Origin: Fimbriimonadales bacterium
Lineage (GTDB): Bacteria; Armatimonadota; Fimbriimonadia; Fimbriimonadales; JABRVX01
Reading direction: 5' to 3'
Assembly (NCBI GenBank): GCA_045862955.1
Contig: BTVI01000001.1
Coordinates: forward strand, 100,920-164,919
Length of the DNA: 64,000 bases
The notes beneath the pieces were generated by a model that saw nothing but the letters and a program-made list of their open reading frames with translations, had not been told where the DNA came from and did no database searches. The translations under genes and the position numbers were made by a program. Positions 10,427 through 21,609 of this stretch are shown one piece after another (the first letter of the stretch is position 1; every line of letters begins with the position of its first letter).

Positions 10427-11140
10427 CTAAACATGGACGCGCGACGTTCTTCGCAGGTTCGCCAGAATCGCCTCCACGCGCTTTCGAACCTTTTCCGGTG
10501 GGCGATTCGTCGTCACCACGAAATCAGCATACGGCCTTCTCTCCGCGTCAGAGAGTTGCGCCGATAGTATTCGACGGGCCAGAACCGCATCTCCTTCCCA
10601 GCGTTCCACCAGTCTCCTCATCTGCTCGTCTCGTCCGCAACGACACAAGATCACGCGGTCGAACTCACCTTGGACGCCGGCTTCGACGAGCAGTGGGATT
10701 TCGAAGCAGTGGACGCCGCCAGCAGACTGCGCAGACAGCTCTTCGAGCCGAGCCAAGATAGGCCCGTGTAGCAGCGATTCGAGCGTGTGCCGAAGCGCAT
10801 CGTCCTCGAAGATGCGTCGGGCGATGAACCGTCGGTCGAGTTCGCCATTCGGCAGCGAAGACCCAGGTCCCACGGCTCTAGCGACTGCCTTTGCCAGCGG
10901 ACTACCTGCTCGGGTTAGCTCGCGAGCCACGTCGTCGGCGCTGAATGTGGGCACGCCGAGCTCTGCGAAATAGCCGAGGACAGTGGACTTCCCGGTACAG
11001 GCGCCCCCGGTGATCGCCACGCGGATCGGAACGCGAGGTTCGGAAGTCTTAGTGCCGCTTAGCGAACGCGAAGCGGCACCAGAGTTCGGTCTTTGCAGCA
11101 CCCGGCCGGCCGTCCTAGCCTCGCTAGGAGGGCGTCTCAT
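10427..11140 (-). CDS. coaE: Dephospho-CoA kinase
   Basis: VAITGGACTGKSTV P-loop, DRRFIARRIF, EIPLLVEAG and AQLS motifs; true start uncertain and may lie downstream of 11140. Confidence 0.9.
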   Translation of the reverse strand: MRRPPSEARTAGRVLQRPNSGAASRSLSGTKTSEPRVPIRVAITGGACTGKSTVLGYFAELGVPTFSADDVARELTRAGSPLAKAVARAVGPGSSLPNGELDRRFIARRIFEDDALRHTLESLLHGPILARLEELSAQSAGGVHCFEIPLLVEAGVQGEFDRVILCRCGRDEQMRRLVERWEGDAVLARRILSAQLSDAERRPYADFVVTTNRPPEKVRKRVEAILANLRRTSRVHV

Positions 11141-12644
11141 CCGAAGCGGTGCCTACGGCTGGAGCCTCAGTGGTCGCGTCCACGGACTCCGCTTCGCCAA
11201 CGGGCTCTGCTGCCACAGGAGCTTCGGGAGCCGAAGGATTTTCGACTGCGGGCTCCACTGTGCTCTCTGCCTCCGCAGCGGCTTCGGGAGCGGACGGCAC
11301 CTCGGCGACCTGCTCAACTTCTGCCGCAGCATTCTCCTCCGATTCCCGGGTGAGAACATCCCTCAGAGACCCAAGGCGCTCGCCGATCGTCGCACCACCC
11401 CTGTGGCTGGTACGACCGTGTCGTTCGACTTCTTCACGCTCCGCGCGGCGCTCCAGCGCCTTCAGGCTGACCACCATGCGTCGCTCTGGCGCCCGAATTT
11501 CTATCACCTGGCACTGGATGGTCTCGCCCTCTGTGACCAGTTCCGACGGGCGGGCGCCCCGTCTGTGGGTCATCTCGCTAATCGGTAGCCAGGCCTCCAC
11601 ACCCTCGTTGAGCTTTACGAACGCTCCGGACTGCACGAGGCGCGACACTGGAACTTCGATGATCTGGCCAACCTTGTATTTGTCCGCGACGATGCTCCAC
11701 GGATCGGGCTGAACCTGACGATAGCCCAGGGAAATCTTGCCGATCTCCGGGTCGAGGCGGAGGACCTTGACCTTGATTTCATCGCCTTCCTTCAGAACCT
11801 CGGACGGGTGGTTTATGCGTGTCCAGGACATCTCGCTCACGTGCAGCAGGCCGTCCACGCCGCCGATATCGACGAAGGCACCGTAGTCCACGATCCTGCG
11901 CACCTTGCCGTCCACCACCTCGCCGACGCGAAGGGAGCTGAAGATGCGCTGCTTCGCCTCTTCGCGTCGCTCCTCTTCTGCCAGCCGGTTAGACAGAACC
12001 ACCTTACGCCGCTCTCGGTCGATTTCGAGAATGCGAAGCGGAAGGCTCTGTCCGACGAAGCGCTCGATGTTCCGGAGTTTGCCATTGCCCACGTGGGTCG
12101 CCGGGACAAATCCACGGACTCCAATGTCCACGACGAGGCCACCCTTGACCCGCTCTGTGACCAGTGCGGTAATGATTTCCTGACGCTCGTAGCAGCGCTC
12201 GATCTTGATCCACCAGTCCTCGAAATCCGCCCTCTTCTTCGACAAGACCGGGTTGCCATCGGAACCCTCGGTGTTCAGAACGACCACAGAGATCTCATCG
12301 CCCGGTTTCACGACACCCTCAGCAGTCGGGATGGGCTCGGCGCTCAGCTCGGCAAGCGGGATAATGCCCTCCGTCTTTCCTCCCATGTCCACGAAGACGC
12401 GTTCGGGTTCGACATGGACGACGATGCCGCGAACCAACTGCCCTTTAGAGAGGCGACGGAAGGACTGGTCGTACTCCTGCCTCAACGTGTCGTCTTGGAG
12501 AGCCTCTTCCATAGAGGCAGGCTCTTCCTCGCCTCTGGAGACGGCCGTACTCGGCTCAGGCTGGGAGGCCCCGGCTGCGGTCGGGATGTCGTCGCCTGGT
12601 GTGTCGGTCGGAATACCAGGCTCAAGTTCCTCGTCAATCATCAC
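11124..12644 (-). CDS. rpsA: 30S ribosomal protein S1 (four S1 domains, acidic terminal extensions)
   Basis: VKGGLVVDIGVRGFVPA, YGAFVDIGGVDGLLHVSEMSW and other S1 repeats. Confidence 0.95.
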   Translation of the reverse strand: MMIDEELEPGIPTDTPGDDIPTAAGASQPEPSTAVSRGEEEPASMEEALQDDTLRQEYDQSFRRLSKGQLVRGIVVHVEPERVFVDMGGKTEGIIPLAELSAEPIPTAEGVVKPGDEISVVVLNTEGSDGNPVLSKKRADFEDWWIKIERCYERQEIITALVTERVKGGLVVDIGVRGFVPATHVGNGKLRNIERFVGQSLPLRILEIDRERRKVVLSNRLAEEERREEAKQRIFSSLRVGEVVDGKVRRIVDYGAFVDIGGVDGLLHVSEMSWTRINHPSEVLKEGDEIKVKVLRLDPEIGKISLGYRQVQPDPWSIVADKYKVGQIIEVPVSRLVQSGAFVKLNEGVEAWLPISEMTHRRGARPSELVTEGETIQCQVIEIRAPERRMVVSLKALERRAEREEVERHGRTSHRGGATIGERLGSLRDVLTRESEENAAAEVEQVAEVPSAPEAAAEAESTVEPAVENPSAPEAPVAAEPVGEAESVDATTEAPAVGTASDETPS

Positions 12645-12819
12645 TGGTCACGCTCCAAAATCGTGCAAAGGACTCGCCAAAACGGGCCCCGCGCACCTCG
12701 TCGCACACGGTACGGCATTATTGCACATTTGCAGTCTTCCTGCACCCTCGAACCCCGCCAACCACCGAGCAATTCGCGTTTCGGCTTTAGCGATGGCACG
12801 GTGATACACTTTGTCCATC

Positions 12820-14136
12820 ATGCGGGTCCAAGACATTATTGTCAAGAAGCGCGACGGCAAGGCAAACACACCCGAAGAACTCGAGGAGCTGGTCGGTGGC
12901 TACGTTGCCGGCCGCGTTGCCGATTACCAGGTCAGCGCGTGGCTGATGGCATCCTATCTCCAGGGGCTTTCTAACCAAGAAACCCTGGCCCTCACTCATA
13001 TCATGGCCGATAGCGGAGAGCAACTCGATCTGGCGACGCTCCCCGAGCCACATGTAGACAAGCACTCCACTGGCGGCGTAGGCGACAAAACTTCACTGGT
13101 GGTCGTGCCCCTGTTGGCGGCATGTGGGTGCACGGTTGTAAAGATGTCGGGCCGTGGGCTCGGCATCACCGGAGGCACGGTGGACAAGCTGGAGAGCATC
13201 CCCGGCTTTCGCACAGCGCTGCAGCCGGAGGAGATGCTGCACGTGGCGGGCGCGTGCGGCTGTTGCCTCGCAGGCCAAACGGAGCGCCTAACCCCCGCGG
13301 ACCGCCTGCTGTACGCGCTGCGAGACGCCACGGCCACGGTGGGCAGCATCCCGCTGATCACTGCGAGCATCATGTCGAAGAAGCTTGCCGCGGGGGCGGA
13401 TGTACTGCTCCTAGACGTCAAGTGCGGCAGCGGCGGCTTCATGCAGACCTTGGACGAAGCGCGAAAGCTGGCCATCTCGCTTCTGGAAGTGGGCAGAGCG
13501 GCGGGCAAGCGAGTGGTAGCGTGCATCACCGATATGGAAGCGCCGCTCGGCCACGCCGTGGGGAATGCGCTCGAGGTGATCGAGGCTATAAATACGCTGC
13601 GGGGCGAGGGGCCGCCGCGATTTCGGGACTTCTGCCTCGCGCTGACGGCGGAGGCGCTGGTTGCCGCGGGCCGGGCCGAGGATGTGCCGAGTGCGCACGG
13701 TCTGGCAAAGCAGCGGCTTTCCGACGGGTCCGCCCTCGACCGATTCCGCGCCCTCGTGGAGTTGCAGGGAGGCGACCCCAGCATCTGCGACGAGCCCGAA
13801 AGCCTGATGGGGAGTCTGCACGTCGAGACGGTGCCTGCCCAGGCCGACGGGTACGTCTCGGCCATTCACGCCGGCTCGGTCGGTAGGGCCGTGGTCGAAC
13901 TCGGCGCGGGGAGGCAGCGGAGGGAGGACCCGATCGACCCGCAGGTCGGGGTCGTGATGGCGGTCGAAGTCGGGGACCGTGTCGAACGGGACATGCCTCT
14001 TGCGAGGGTGTACGCCCGCGACCGCCAGGCCGCGGAACGGGCCGTAGCGACCGTGTCGCAGGCCATACGGCTGAGCGCGGAGCCAGTAGCGGCAAGACCC
14101 GTTATCTTGGAGAAATTGTCGCAGCCGGTGGGATAG
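12820..14136 (+). CDS. pdp: Pyrimidine-nucleoside/thymidine phosphorylase
   Basis: MRVQDIIVKKRDG start, DKHSTGGVGDK, KMSGRGLGITGGT, SIMSKKLA. Confidence 0.95.
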   Translation: MRVQDIIVKKRDGKANTPEELEELVGGYVAGRVADYQVSAWLMASYLQGLSNQETLALTHIMADSGEQLDLATLPEPHVDKHSTGGVGDKTSLVVVPLLAACGCTVVKMSGRGLGITGGTVDKLESIPGFRTALQPEEMLHVAGACGCCLAGQTERLTPADRLLYALRDATATVGSIPLITASIMSKKLAAGADVLLLDVKCGSGGFMQTLDEARKLAISLLEVGRAAGKRVVACITDMEAPLGHAVGNALEVIEAINTLRGEGPPRFRDFCLALTAEALVAAGRAEDVPSAHGLAKQRLSDGSALDRFRALVELQGGDPSICDEPESLMGSLHVETVPAQADGYVSAIHAGSVGRAVVELGAGRQRREDPIDPQVGVVMAVEVGDRVERDMPLARVYARDRQAAERAVATVSQAIRLSAEPVAARPVILEKLSQPVG

Positions 14137-14196
14137 CAGCGCGGCCCAGGTGTCGCAGAACGCGACGTGAAAGCAGCCCGGCACGATCGCGCCAGT

Positions 14197-14571
14197 TCAG
14201 ACCTCCTCGTCGTCCGCCCTCCAACCGGGGTCAACGATACACAGGAACTCGAGGGGGCACCCGCCCTCGTTGACGAGCCACTGGGTCGCACCGGGCGGCA
14301 CCAGGACGGTGTCTCCTGCCGTCACCGAGGCCTCTTCGCTGCCGACGTGCATCCGACCCTGCCCATGCAGGAAGTAGTAAACCTCTGACGATTCCTTCAG
14401 CCGATGCGGCAGGCTCCTCGCTCCGACGGGAAGGCTTGCCCAAGCTAAGCTGTAGCGAAGGGGCATGCCCTCGTTGGGACCGTGTAGGAGCTCCCGTAGG
14501 TGTGTGTGGTCGCCCGCCAGGATCTCCTGTCGCTGGGACAAGCGTCTTATGTCCAAGCGTCTCACCTCCAT
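14197..14571 (-). CDS. Cupin-domain protein
   Basis: 3' part of ORF 14197..14889; AGDHTHLRELLH...SLPHRLKESSEVYYFLHGQG...AGDTVLVPPG cupin motifs; ATG at 14571. Confidence 0.8.
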   Translation of the reverse strand: MEVRRLDIRRLSQRQEILAGDHTHLRELLHGPNEGMPLRYSLAWASLPVGARSLPHRLKESSEVYYFLHGQGRMHVGSEEASVTAGDTVLVPPGATQWLVNEGGCPLEFLCIVDPGWRADDEEV

Positions 14572-14638
14572 GACCCAGTGTAGCCGCACGAGCCGGTCCT
14601 TCGATGGTACGATGCGCGCACGAAGGAGGTCACATCGG

Positions 14639-14956
14639 GTGCCAAAGCTGCGAATCGAGAGTTTCGGTGAGTTCGAGGTCGAGTCGGGAAAGAAGCTGGT
14701 GCTGGCTATCGAGGACTCGGGTGTGGACATCTCGCATCGCTGTGGCGGGAAGGCGAAATGCACCACATGCCGAGTGCGCTTCCACAGCCCGGAGCCGCCG
14801 ATGGGAGAGGTGGAGCGCCAGTGTCTCGAAGAGGACGGGGTGCTCGGCGAGTTTCGCCTGTCGTGCCAGAACCGAGTCACGGACGACATGCACGTAGAGG
14901 TGTTGATGCGCGCCAGCGAGCAGGGATGGGAACCCGGCCCGCGGCCGGAAGACTAG
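14639..14956 (+). CDS. 2Fe-2S ferredoxin
   Basis: GTG after AAGGAGG; HRCGGKAKCTTC and RLSCQ cysteine pattern. Confidence 0.9.
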   Translation: MPKLRIESFGEFEVESGKKLVLAIEDSGVDISHRCGGKAKCTTCRVRFHSPEPPMGEVERQCLEEDGVLGEFRLSCQNRVTDDMHVEVLMRASEQGWEPGPRPED

Positions 14957-14969
14957 CGGTCGCTAGGCT

Positions 14970-15746
14970 CTAGTCCTGCTGCGTGGGAGGCTGGGTGCTG
15001 AGTCTCTGCTCTAGCTCGGCCAGCTCTGCCTCGACATCCTGCTGAACGGACGAGGGGATCTGCTGCGTCGTTGGCGCGGGACCTGCCAGACCCATCCGCT
15101 GCTCGAGTTCCTGCAGTTCCTTCTCCGCTGCTGCGTCCATCGTCTGGTCTTCGAGCTCGAGCATCTTGCCTTGCAGACTGGAAGCCATCATCTCTTGTCG
15201 TGCGGCAGCTTCCGATTCTGCATGGCGAATTTTCTCTGCCGCGACGCTCCAGTCTTGCTCGGTGGTCTCGAAGGTCAGGCTCTCCATGGCCTTGTTGATC
15301 TCTTTGGTAATCTGTGCCTGCTTCCATCGAGCCTTCAGTGCCAGCATCTCGGCATACTTGGCCTTGACCTGCTCCTCCTGACGCCGCATCGCCACCTTGA
15401 TGGCTTCCACGGTCTCGGTCGCTTGGGCAAGTGAGGCCTTCAGACCCTCGAGTGTCTGCTCGAGATGCGCCTTCTCACGAAGGAGCTGGCGCGCGAGGTC
15501 GCGGTTTCCCTGCCGCAGCGCCTGTTCGGCGTTGGCCTGCAGAGCGGCGATGCGTCGGGTGTGGTCATCCACCAGATGCTGCAGGTTGTTCTTCTGCGTG
15601 ATAGCCTGGATGGCTCGCTCTCGGTTCGAGGCGAGGTTCTCACGCATTTCGCGGCGGGCCTGGTCGAGCAGGATCTCGGGATCCTCCAGCCGGTCCATGG
15701 TTCGGTTGAATAGCGCCTTTATGTAGTTCCAGAGACGACGAAACAT
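14970..15746 (-). CDS. pspA: PspA/IM30 family protein
   Basis: MFRRLWNYIKA amphipathic helix, EDPEILLDQA, long coiled coil. Confidence 0.9.
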   Translation of the reverse strand: MFRRLWNYIKALFNRTMDRLEDPEILLDQARREMRENLASNRERAIQAITQKNNLQHLVDDHTRRIAALQANAEQALRQGNRDLARQLLREKAHLEQTLEGLKASLAQATETVEAIKVAMRRQEEQVKAKYAEMLALKARWKQAQITKEINKAMESLTFETTEQDWSVAAEKIRHAESEAAARQEMMASSLQGKMLELEDQTMDAAAEKELQELEQRMGLAGPAPTTQQIPSSVQQDVEAELAELEQRLSTQPPTQQD

Positions 15747-15894
15747 TCGCTAGCCTCCACACCCGAAGCACCTCCGGGCGGCGTCGGGCAGGTTTCGACG
15801 GCAAGTTTGGCACATATTGCCCGACGACGGGGAGGTAAGTAGGCGATCCACCGCGAAACGTACTCGGGCGGGCGTTTCGGTACAATCCGTCCGC

Positions 15895-16644
15895 ATGTCC
15901 ACCCACGCTTCGTTTACGCGAATAGCCCCCCATTACGACACTCTGATGCGGGGGGTGCCCTATCGCATGTGGGTCAGCTACTTCGAGCTGCTCTGCGAGA
16001 TGGTGGGTCACAAGCCGAAGAGGGTGCTCGATGCATGCTGCGGCACGGGCACCGTCTGCCGCCTGCTCGCCGCAAAGGGGTTGAGCGTCACGGGAGTCGA
16101 CAAATCCTCCGCGATGATCCTGGCTGCGAAGGAGAAGGCTGAGACGACCGGGCTGGACATCACCTTCTACGCCCAGGATCTCGCCGAGATGAACCTACCA
16201 GAGACCTTCGATACGGCGCTCAGCTTCTTCGACAGTCTGAACTACATTACCGAGCCCGAGAGGCTCCGTGCCGCGCTTCAGCGCATCGCAGCGCACTTGG
16301 AGCCGGACGGCCTGCTCGTGTTCGACCTGAACACCGAATACGCGTTCGTAAGCAAGCTGTTCGACCAAGAGGTGCTGACAAAGGGGGCACCCGTACGATA
16401 CAAGTGGCGCAGCAGCTATGACGAGGCAACGAAGTTGTGTACCGTACGGATGGAGTTCTGGACCGAAGACCCGCCCGAGAGCTTCACAGAGGTCCACGTA
16501 CAACGCGCGCACTCATCGGAAGAGATTCGGTCCTGGCTGAAAGAAGCCGGATTCGGGGACATTCGGGCCTACCACAGCTACTCGCTGGAGCGTCCCAGAC
16601 CTACCAGTGATCGGGTCCACTATATGGCTAGGCGTATGCGCTGA
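15895..16644 (+). CDS. Class I SAM-dependent methyltransferase
   Basis: VLDACCGTGT motif I, GVDKSSAM, FDSLNY; ATG at 15895. Confidence 0.9.
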   Translation: MSTHASFTRIAPHYDTLMRGVPYRMWVSYFELLCEMVGHKPKRVLDACCGTGTVCRLLAAKGLSVTGVDKSSAMILAAKEKAETTGLDITFYAQDLAEMNLPETFDTALSFFDSLNYITEPERLRAALQRIAAHLEPDGLLVFDLNTEYAFVSKLFDQEVLTKGAPVRYKWRSSYDEATKLCTVRMEFWTEDPPESFTEVHVQRAHSSEEIRSWLKEAGFGDIRAYHSYSLERPRPTSDRVHYMARRMR

Positions 16645-17041
16645 GAACCTGTCTCATGGCCGACGCGAGTGCCCCGTCGGCAATCGGCTCCGGCTCTCCC
16701 TGCGCCAGCGAGCGCACTGCGTCCGCCCCCGAAATCTCGCCGCGGGCCAGCCTCCCAAGTATGTCGTGAGCCTCTTGCCTGCTAGCCACCAGGGTTAGCC
16801 CGTTGACTTTGAGAAGGCACAAGGTCGCAACGAGTGCCGTGATCTCATTGCCTTCGTCGAACGGCTGCCGGCGAAGCAGCCCCTCGAAGAAGCGTCCTGC
16901 ATCCCGGTAGACCTCTGGCTCTCGCTTGTAGGCGTACTGATAGCCGACGCACTCCTCGAGGTCCATTACCCGAAACCCGACGACTCGCTTCAGCAGCTGG
17001 GAGTTGATCCAGAGAAGGTCCTGATTGGTTAGATATTTCAC
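16628..17041 (-). CDS. Doc/Fic-like protein with degenerate active-site motif
   Basis: Doc-sized (137 aa), N-terminus MKYLT; QPFDEGNEITA aligns with the Doc motif HxFxDGNKRTA. Confidence 0.65.
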   Translation of the reverse strand: MKYLTNQDLLWINSQLLKRVVGFRVMDLEECVGYQYAYKREPEVYRDAGRFFEGLLRRQPFDEGNEITALVATLCLLKVNGLTLVASRQEAHDILGRLARGEISGADAVRSLAQGEPEPIADGALASAMRQVLSAYA

Positions 17042-17179
17042 GCGTCCCTACCTGCAGCCTCGTCCATGACACCTGCAAAGTACCCGTGAGGGCCACTAGC
17101 TCGCAAGTTCCCGGCAGGACGGGCGGCGACTAGGACGAATCGGACTACCGCTCGCGCGATGCGGGCAGGAGGACCGAAC

Positions 17180-18862
17180 ATGGCCAAGCTGCGCTTCGAC
17201 CGTTACTATCGCTACGCCGACATCACCCGCTTCCTCAAGCAGTTCTCTCAACAGCGGCCGGACATCTTCCGGTACGAGTCGATCGGCAAGAGCTACGAAG
17301 GCCGCGATATCTGGCTGTGCACGATTACGCGCTTCAAGACTGGGCCGGACACGGAGAAGCCCGCGATGTGGGTGGACGGAAACATTCACGCCTCCGAGGT
17401 ATCGGCGTCGTCGGCCTGCCTTTACCTCATTCACAAGCTGCTCACCGAAGACCCGAAGAACGAGTCGATTCGGTCGTTGCTGGACAACCGAGTCTTCTAT
17501 GTTTGTCCCCGGTTGAACCCGGACGGAGCAGAGTGGGCACTAGCCGACAAGCCGAAGATCATCCGTTCTAGCACCCGCCCATGGCCCTACGACGAGGACC
17601 CCATCGAAGGTCTGATCCGAGAGGATATGGACGGCGACGGGCGCATGCTTCAGATGCGAATCCCCGACCCGAACGGTTCGTGGAAGCCGCATCCCGATTA
17701 CCCGAAATTGCTGGTGCCCCGTGCGCCGGACGAGACGGGTGGCACCTACTACCGTCTTCTCCCAGAAGGCAGAATCGAGAACTACGACGGATTCCTGATC
17801 CCCATGGCTCGGACCAAAGAGGGGCTAGACCTCAATCGCAACTACCCCGTCGGGTGGCGGTTGGAAGGCGAGCAGCACGGCGCGGGGCCGTTCCCCACTT
17901 CGGAGCCGGAGATTCGAGCACAGGTGGACTTCATCTGCAAACATCCTAACATCACGGGCGCCGTCTGCTTTCACACCTTCAGCGGGGTGCTGCTGCGACC
18001 CCCGAGTAGGTTTGCGGAGGACGAGCTGCCCGCTGAAGACGTATGGAACTATAAGACCATCGGCGCGAAGGGTACGGAGATCACGGGCTATCCGGCGATA
18101 TCCGTATACCACGAGTTCCGCTACCACCCCAAGGAGATTATCACCGGTGTGTTCGATGATTGGATGTACGAGCACCGCGGCGTACATGCATGGACCGTGG
18201 AGATATGGAGCCCTCAGCGACAGGCAGGGATAAGCGAGTACAAGTATATAGACTGGTACCGGGAGCACCCCGTGGAAGACGACATCAAGATGCTGGAATG
18301 GTCGGAGAAGGTGCTGAAGGGCAAGGGCTACATCGAGTGGTACCCATTCGAACACCCGCAGTTAGGGAAGGTGGAGCTAGGTGGCTGGGATGTCGCTTAC
18401 TGCTGGCGTAACCCACCCCCTCATCTGTTGGAAAAAGAGATCGCGCCTTTCGCCGACTGGCTGATGTTCCACTTGCGGATTGCGCCCAAGCTGGAGATCA
18501 TCTCCAGCAGCGCGAAGGCGATTGGCCAAGGTGCGTATCGCGTCGAGCTAGTGCTGCAGAACACGGGCTGGCTGCCCACCTACGTCACCAAGAAAGCGCT
18601 GAATAACAAGCTGGTGCGACCGATAGTCACCGAGATCGAGCTGCCACGTGGAGCCACACTCGAAACCGGCAAAGTGCGCGAGGAGCATGCGCAACTCGAG
18701 GGAAGGTGCTATCGTGGTGCTGCTGGCGTGTGGTCTGCAGACAGCACCGACGATAGGCTGCGACTCCTGTGGACGATTCGTGCCCCGCGTGGTGGTACCG
18801 TAAAGATCACCGCACGCCACGAACGCGCCGGCACCGTGCGCTCAACCTTGCGACTGCAGTAG
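17180..18862 (+). CDS. M14 zinc carboxypeptidase-family protein (no signal peptide)
   Basis: SD AGGAGG; GNIHASE, LNPDG, DLNRNYP and FHTFSG zinc/substrate motifs. Confidence 0.9.
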   Translation: MAKLRFDRYYRYADITRFLKQFSQQRPDIFRYESIGKSYEGRDIWLCTITRFKTGPDTEKPAMWVDGNIHASEVSASSACLYLIHKLLTEDPKNESIRSLLDNRVFYVCPRLNPDGAEWALADKPKIIRSSTRPWPYDEDPIEGLIREDMDGDGRMLQMRIPDPNGSWKPHPDYPKLLVPRAPDETGGTYYRLLPEGRIENYDGFLIPMARTKEGLDLNRNYPVGWRLEGEQHGAGPFPTSEPEIRAQVDFICKHPNITGAVCFHTFSGVLLRPPSRFAEDELPAEDVWNYKTIGAKGTEITGYPAISVYHEFRYHPKEIITGVFDDWMYEHRGVHAWTVEIWSPQRQAGISEYKYIDWYREHPVEDDIKMLEWSEKVLKGKGYIEWYPFEHPQLGKVELGGWDVAYCWRNPPPHLLEKEIAPFADWLMFHLRIAPKLEIISSSAKAIGQGAYRVELVLQNTGWLPTYVTKKALNNKLVRPIVTEIELPRGATLETGKVREEHAQLEGRCYRGAAGVWSADSTDDRLRLLWTIRAPRGGTVKITARHERAGTVRSTLRLQ

Positions 18863-21523
18863 CGAACGAACTACGAACTGCAAGATGCCTCCGTGGCGGT
18901 AGTACTCGAGCTCGCGGGGAGTGTCGATTCGCGCCTCGACATCGAATCGCTGCCACCGGGTACCCTCCTGGGCGGATACCTGCAACCGACGCCCGCCAGC
19001 AAACCCGGAGGCGACAGCGTTAGACAGTCCGAGCACGTCGAAGTGCTCGCTACCCGTCAGGCCCAGGCTCTCTGCACTCTCGCCTGGCAGGAACTGAAGT
19101 GGCAAGATCCCCATGCCGATCAGATTCGAGCGATGGATGCGCTCGAAGCTCTCCGCTATGACCGCTCTGACACCTTGCAGATACGGCCCCTTTGCCGCCC
19201 AATCGCGGCTCGATCCGGAACCGTACTCCTTGCCCGCTAGTACTATGAGGGGTGTTCCATCCTGTTGGTAGCGGACGGACGCATCGTAGATGCTCATCAC
19301 CTCGCCGGTCGGCAGATAGGTGGTTACACCCCCCTCCACGCCAGGGACTAGCTTGTTCCTTATCCGCACATTCGCGAATGTTCCGCGTACCATCACCTCG
19401 TGATTGCCGCGCCGCGAGCCGTAGGAGTTGAAGTCTTGCCACTGCACCCCGTGCTCGAGCAGGTAACGTCCCGCAGGCGAGTCTTTCTTGATGCTCCCTG
19501 CCGGGGATATGTGATCGGTCGTGATGCTGTCACCCAGATACGCGAGAACGCGAGCGCCTCGGATGTCGGAAGCCGCATCAGGCGGATCGGCGGGCATCCC
19601 GTCGAAGTACGGCGGCCTGCGCACGTAGGTGGATTCTGGCTGCCACTGAAAACGTTCCGAGCGCGCTACGCTAATCAACTCCCAGTTCTCATCGCCGCGA
19701 AAGACGTCCTTGTAGTTGCTCTCGAACATCTCGGACCGAATGCACTGCTCGACTGCAGAGGCGACCTCGGCGTTGGTAGGCCACAGGTCTTTCAGGTACA
19801 CGGGCACTCCCGATGCGTCCAGCGTGAGCGGCTCGGACGTGAGATCGAGATCGATTCGTCCGGCGATGGCATACGCTACAACGAGTGGCGGTGACATGAG
19901 ATAGTTCGCCCTCACTTCCGAATGCACACGCCCCTCGAAGTTGCGATTGCCGGAAAGCACGGAGCACACGACGAGGCTACCTTCCTCGATTTCCCGTGAC
20001 ACCTCTTCGGGCAGCGGGCCCGAGTTACCGATGCATGTCGTACATCCGTAGCCTACCGTGTGGAAGCCGAGCTGCTCCAAGTAGGGGGTGAGACCAGCCC
20101 GATCGAGGTAGCTGGTAACCACCCGCGAGCCGGGCGCAAGAGAGGTCTTGACCCATGGCTTGCGTGTCAAGCCGCGCTGCACGGCTTTCTTTGCCAGCAA
20201 GCCCGCTGCCAGCATGACGGCGGGATTCGACGTATTCGTGCAGCTCGTAATCGCCGCGATCACCACGTTCCCGTGTGTCAGTGTCCCTGCGCCAGCGGGC
20301 TCTTTGCCGTTGGGTCCGCGCAGGTCCGGCAAGGCCTCTGAGAACGATTGGCCGACGCGGCCGAGTGGCACGCGATCCTGCGGCCTTCGAGGGCCTGCCA
20401 CGCTGCTCTCTACCCGAGAGAGGTCCAGCTCCAGCACCGCGGTGCACTCGGGATCAGGGGTGCTTCGGTCTCGGAAGAGGCCCTGCTCCTTGGCGTACGC
20501 CTCGATCCTTTCGACGAGCTCGGGGGGACGTCCCGTCTGTCTCAGGTATCGTAAGGTTTCGTCATCCAGGGGGAACATCGCACATGTGGCGCCATATTCG
20601 GGACACATGTTGCTGATGGTAGCTCTATCCGCTACGGGCAGGCCGTCCAACCCGGGGCCGAAGAACTCCACGAACTTCCCTACCACCCCGTGGGCGCGCA
20701 GCATCTGGGTGACTGTCAGAACGAGATCGGTGGCGGTGACACCTTCCGAGAGCGCCCCGGTGACACGCACCCCCACGACTTGGGGTACCAAGATGGATAC
20801 CGGCTGCCCGAGCATCGCTGCTTCCGCCTCGATCCCTCCTACACCCCAACCCAACACTCCCAGGCCGTTGATCATGGTAGTGTGCGAGTCGGTTCCTACC
20901 AGCGTATCCGGGTACGCCAGGCGCTCACCGTCAGCATCTTCCACGAACACCACCCGCGCGAGATACTCGAGGTTCACTTGATGCACGATGCCCGTGTTCG
21001 GTGGTACGACACGAAAGTTGCGGAACGCACTCTGCCCCCACTTCAGAAAAGCGTATCGCTCACGATTCCTCTCGAACTCCTTCGCGACATTCAAGCGGTT
21101 CGCCTCGGGGGTGCCGAACACGTCCACTTGCACGGAATGGTCGATAACCAGTTCCACCGGCTGCTGGGGGTTCACTCGGGAAGCATCCCCACCCATCTCG
21201 GCAACCGCGTCACGCATCGCCGCCAGGTCTACGAGGCACGGTACTCCGGTGAAGTCCTGCAACACGACACGGGCCGGCACGAAGGCGATCTCTTGCGTCG
21301 GCTCCGAGGCGGGGTCCCAGTTGGCCAGGGCAAGCACGTGCTCGGGAGTGACGGTCACGCCGTCCTCACGCCGCAGCAGGTTTTCGAGCAGCACGCGCAG
21401 CGAGAACGGCAACCTAGATAGCCGAATGCCCTGCCGCTCGAGTGCGTCGAGGCGGTAGATGGTGTAGGAATCGTCACCGAGCCGCACCGATGCTCGGGCG
21501 CCGAAGCTGTTATTCATGAACAT
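18842..21523 (-). CDS. acnA: Aconitate hydratase A
   Basis: [46 protein letters not shown]. Confidence 0.97.
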   Translation of the reverse strand: MFMNNSFGARASVRLGDDSYTIYRLDALERQGIRLSRLPFSLRVLLENLLRREDGVTVTPEHVLALANWDPASEPTQEIAFVPARVVLQDFTGVPCLVDLAAMRDAVAEMGGDASRVNPQQPVELVIDHSVQVDVFGTPEANRLNVAKEFERNRERYAFLKWGQSAFRNFRVVPPNTGIVHQVNLEYLARVVFVEDADGERLAYPDTLVGTDSHTTMINGLGVLGWGVGGIEAEAAMLGQPVSILVPQVVGVRVTGALSEGVTATDLVLTVTQMLRAHGVVGKFVEFFGPGLDGLPVADRATISNMCPEYGATCAMFPLDDETLRYLRQTGRPPELVERIEAYAKEQGLFRDRSTPDPECTAVLELDLSRVESSVAGPRRPQDRVPLGRVGQSFSEALPDLRGPNGKEPAGAGTLTHGNVVIAAITSCTNTSNPAVMLAAGLLAKKAVQRGLTRKPWVKTSLAPGSRVVTSYLDRAGLTPYLEQLGFHTVGYGCTTCIGNSGPLPEEVSREIEEGSLVVCSVLSGNRNFEGRVHSEVRANYLMSPPLVVAYAIAGRIDLDLTSEPLTLDASGVPVYLKDLWPTNAEVASAVEQCIRSEMFESNYKDVFRGDENWELISVARSERFQWQPESTYVRRPPYFDGMPADPPDAASDIRGARVLAYLGDSITTDHISPAGSIKKDSPAGRYLLEHGVQWQDFNSYGSRRGNHEVMVRGTFANVRIRNKLVPGVEGGVTTYLPTGEVMSIYDASVRYQQDGTPLIVLAGKEYGSGSSRDWAAKGPYLQGVRAVIAESFERIHRSNLIGMGILPLQFLPGESAESLGLTGSEHFDVLGLSNAVASGFAGGRRLQVSAQEGTRWQRFDVEARIDTPRELEYYRHGGILQFVVRSLLQSQG

Positions 21524-21609
21524 CCCCCGATGAGCCGTGGTACGACCCTAGTCTACCTTCAGGCGCGGGGGCAACAGGAGGAGGCTGGCTCACGGGGAAC
21601 CTAGAGACC

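Noticed and set aside
21524..21609. tnaC-type leader peptide upstream of tryptophanase
   Set aside because: Only 86 bp separate the divergent genes, and no convincing leader ORF with translation signals was found.
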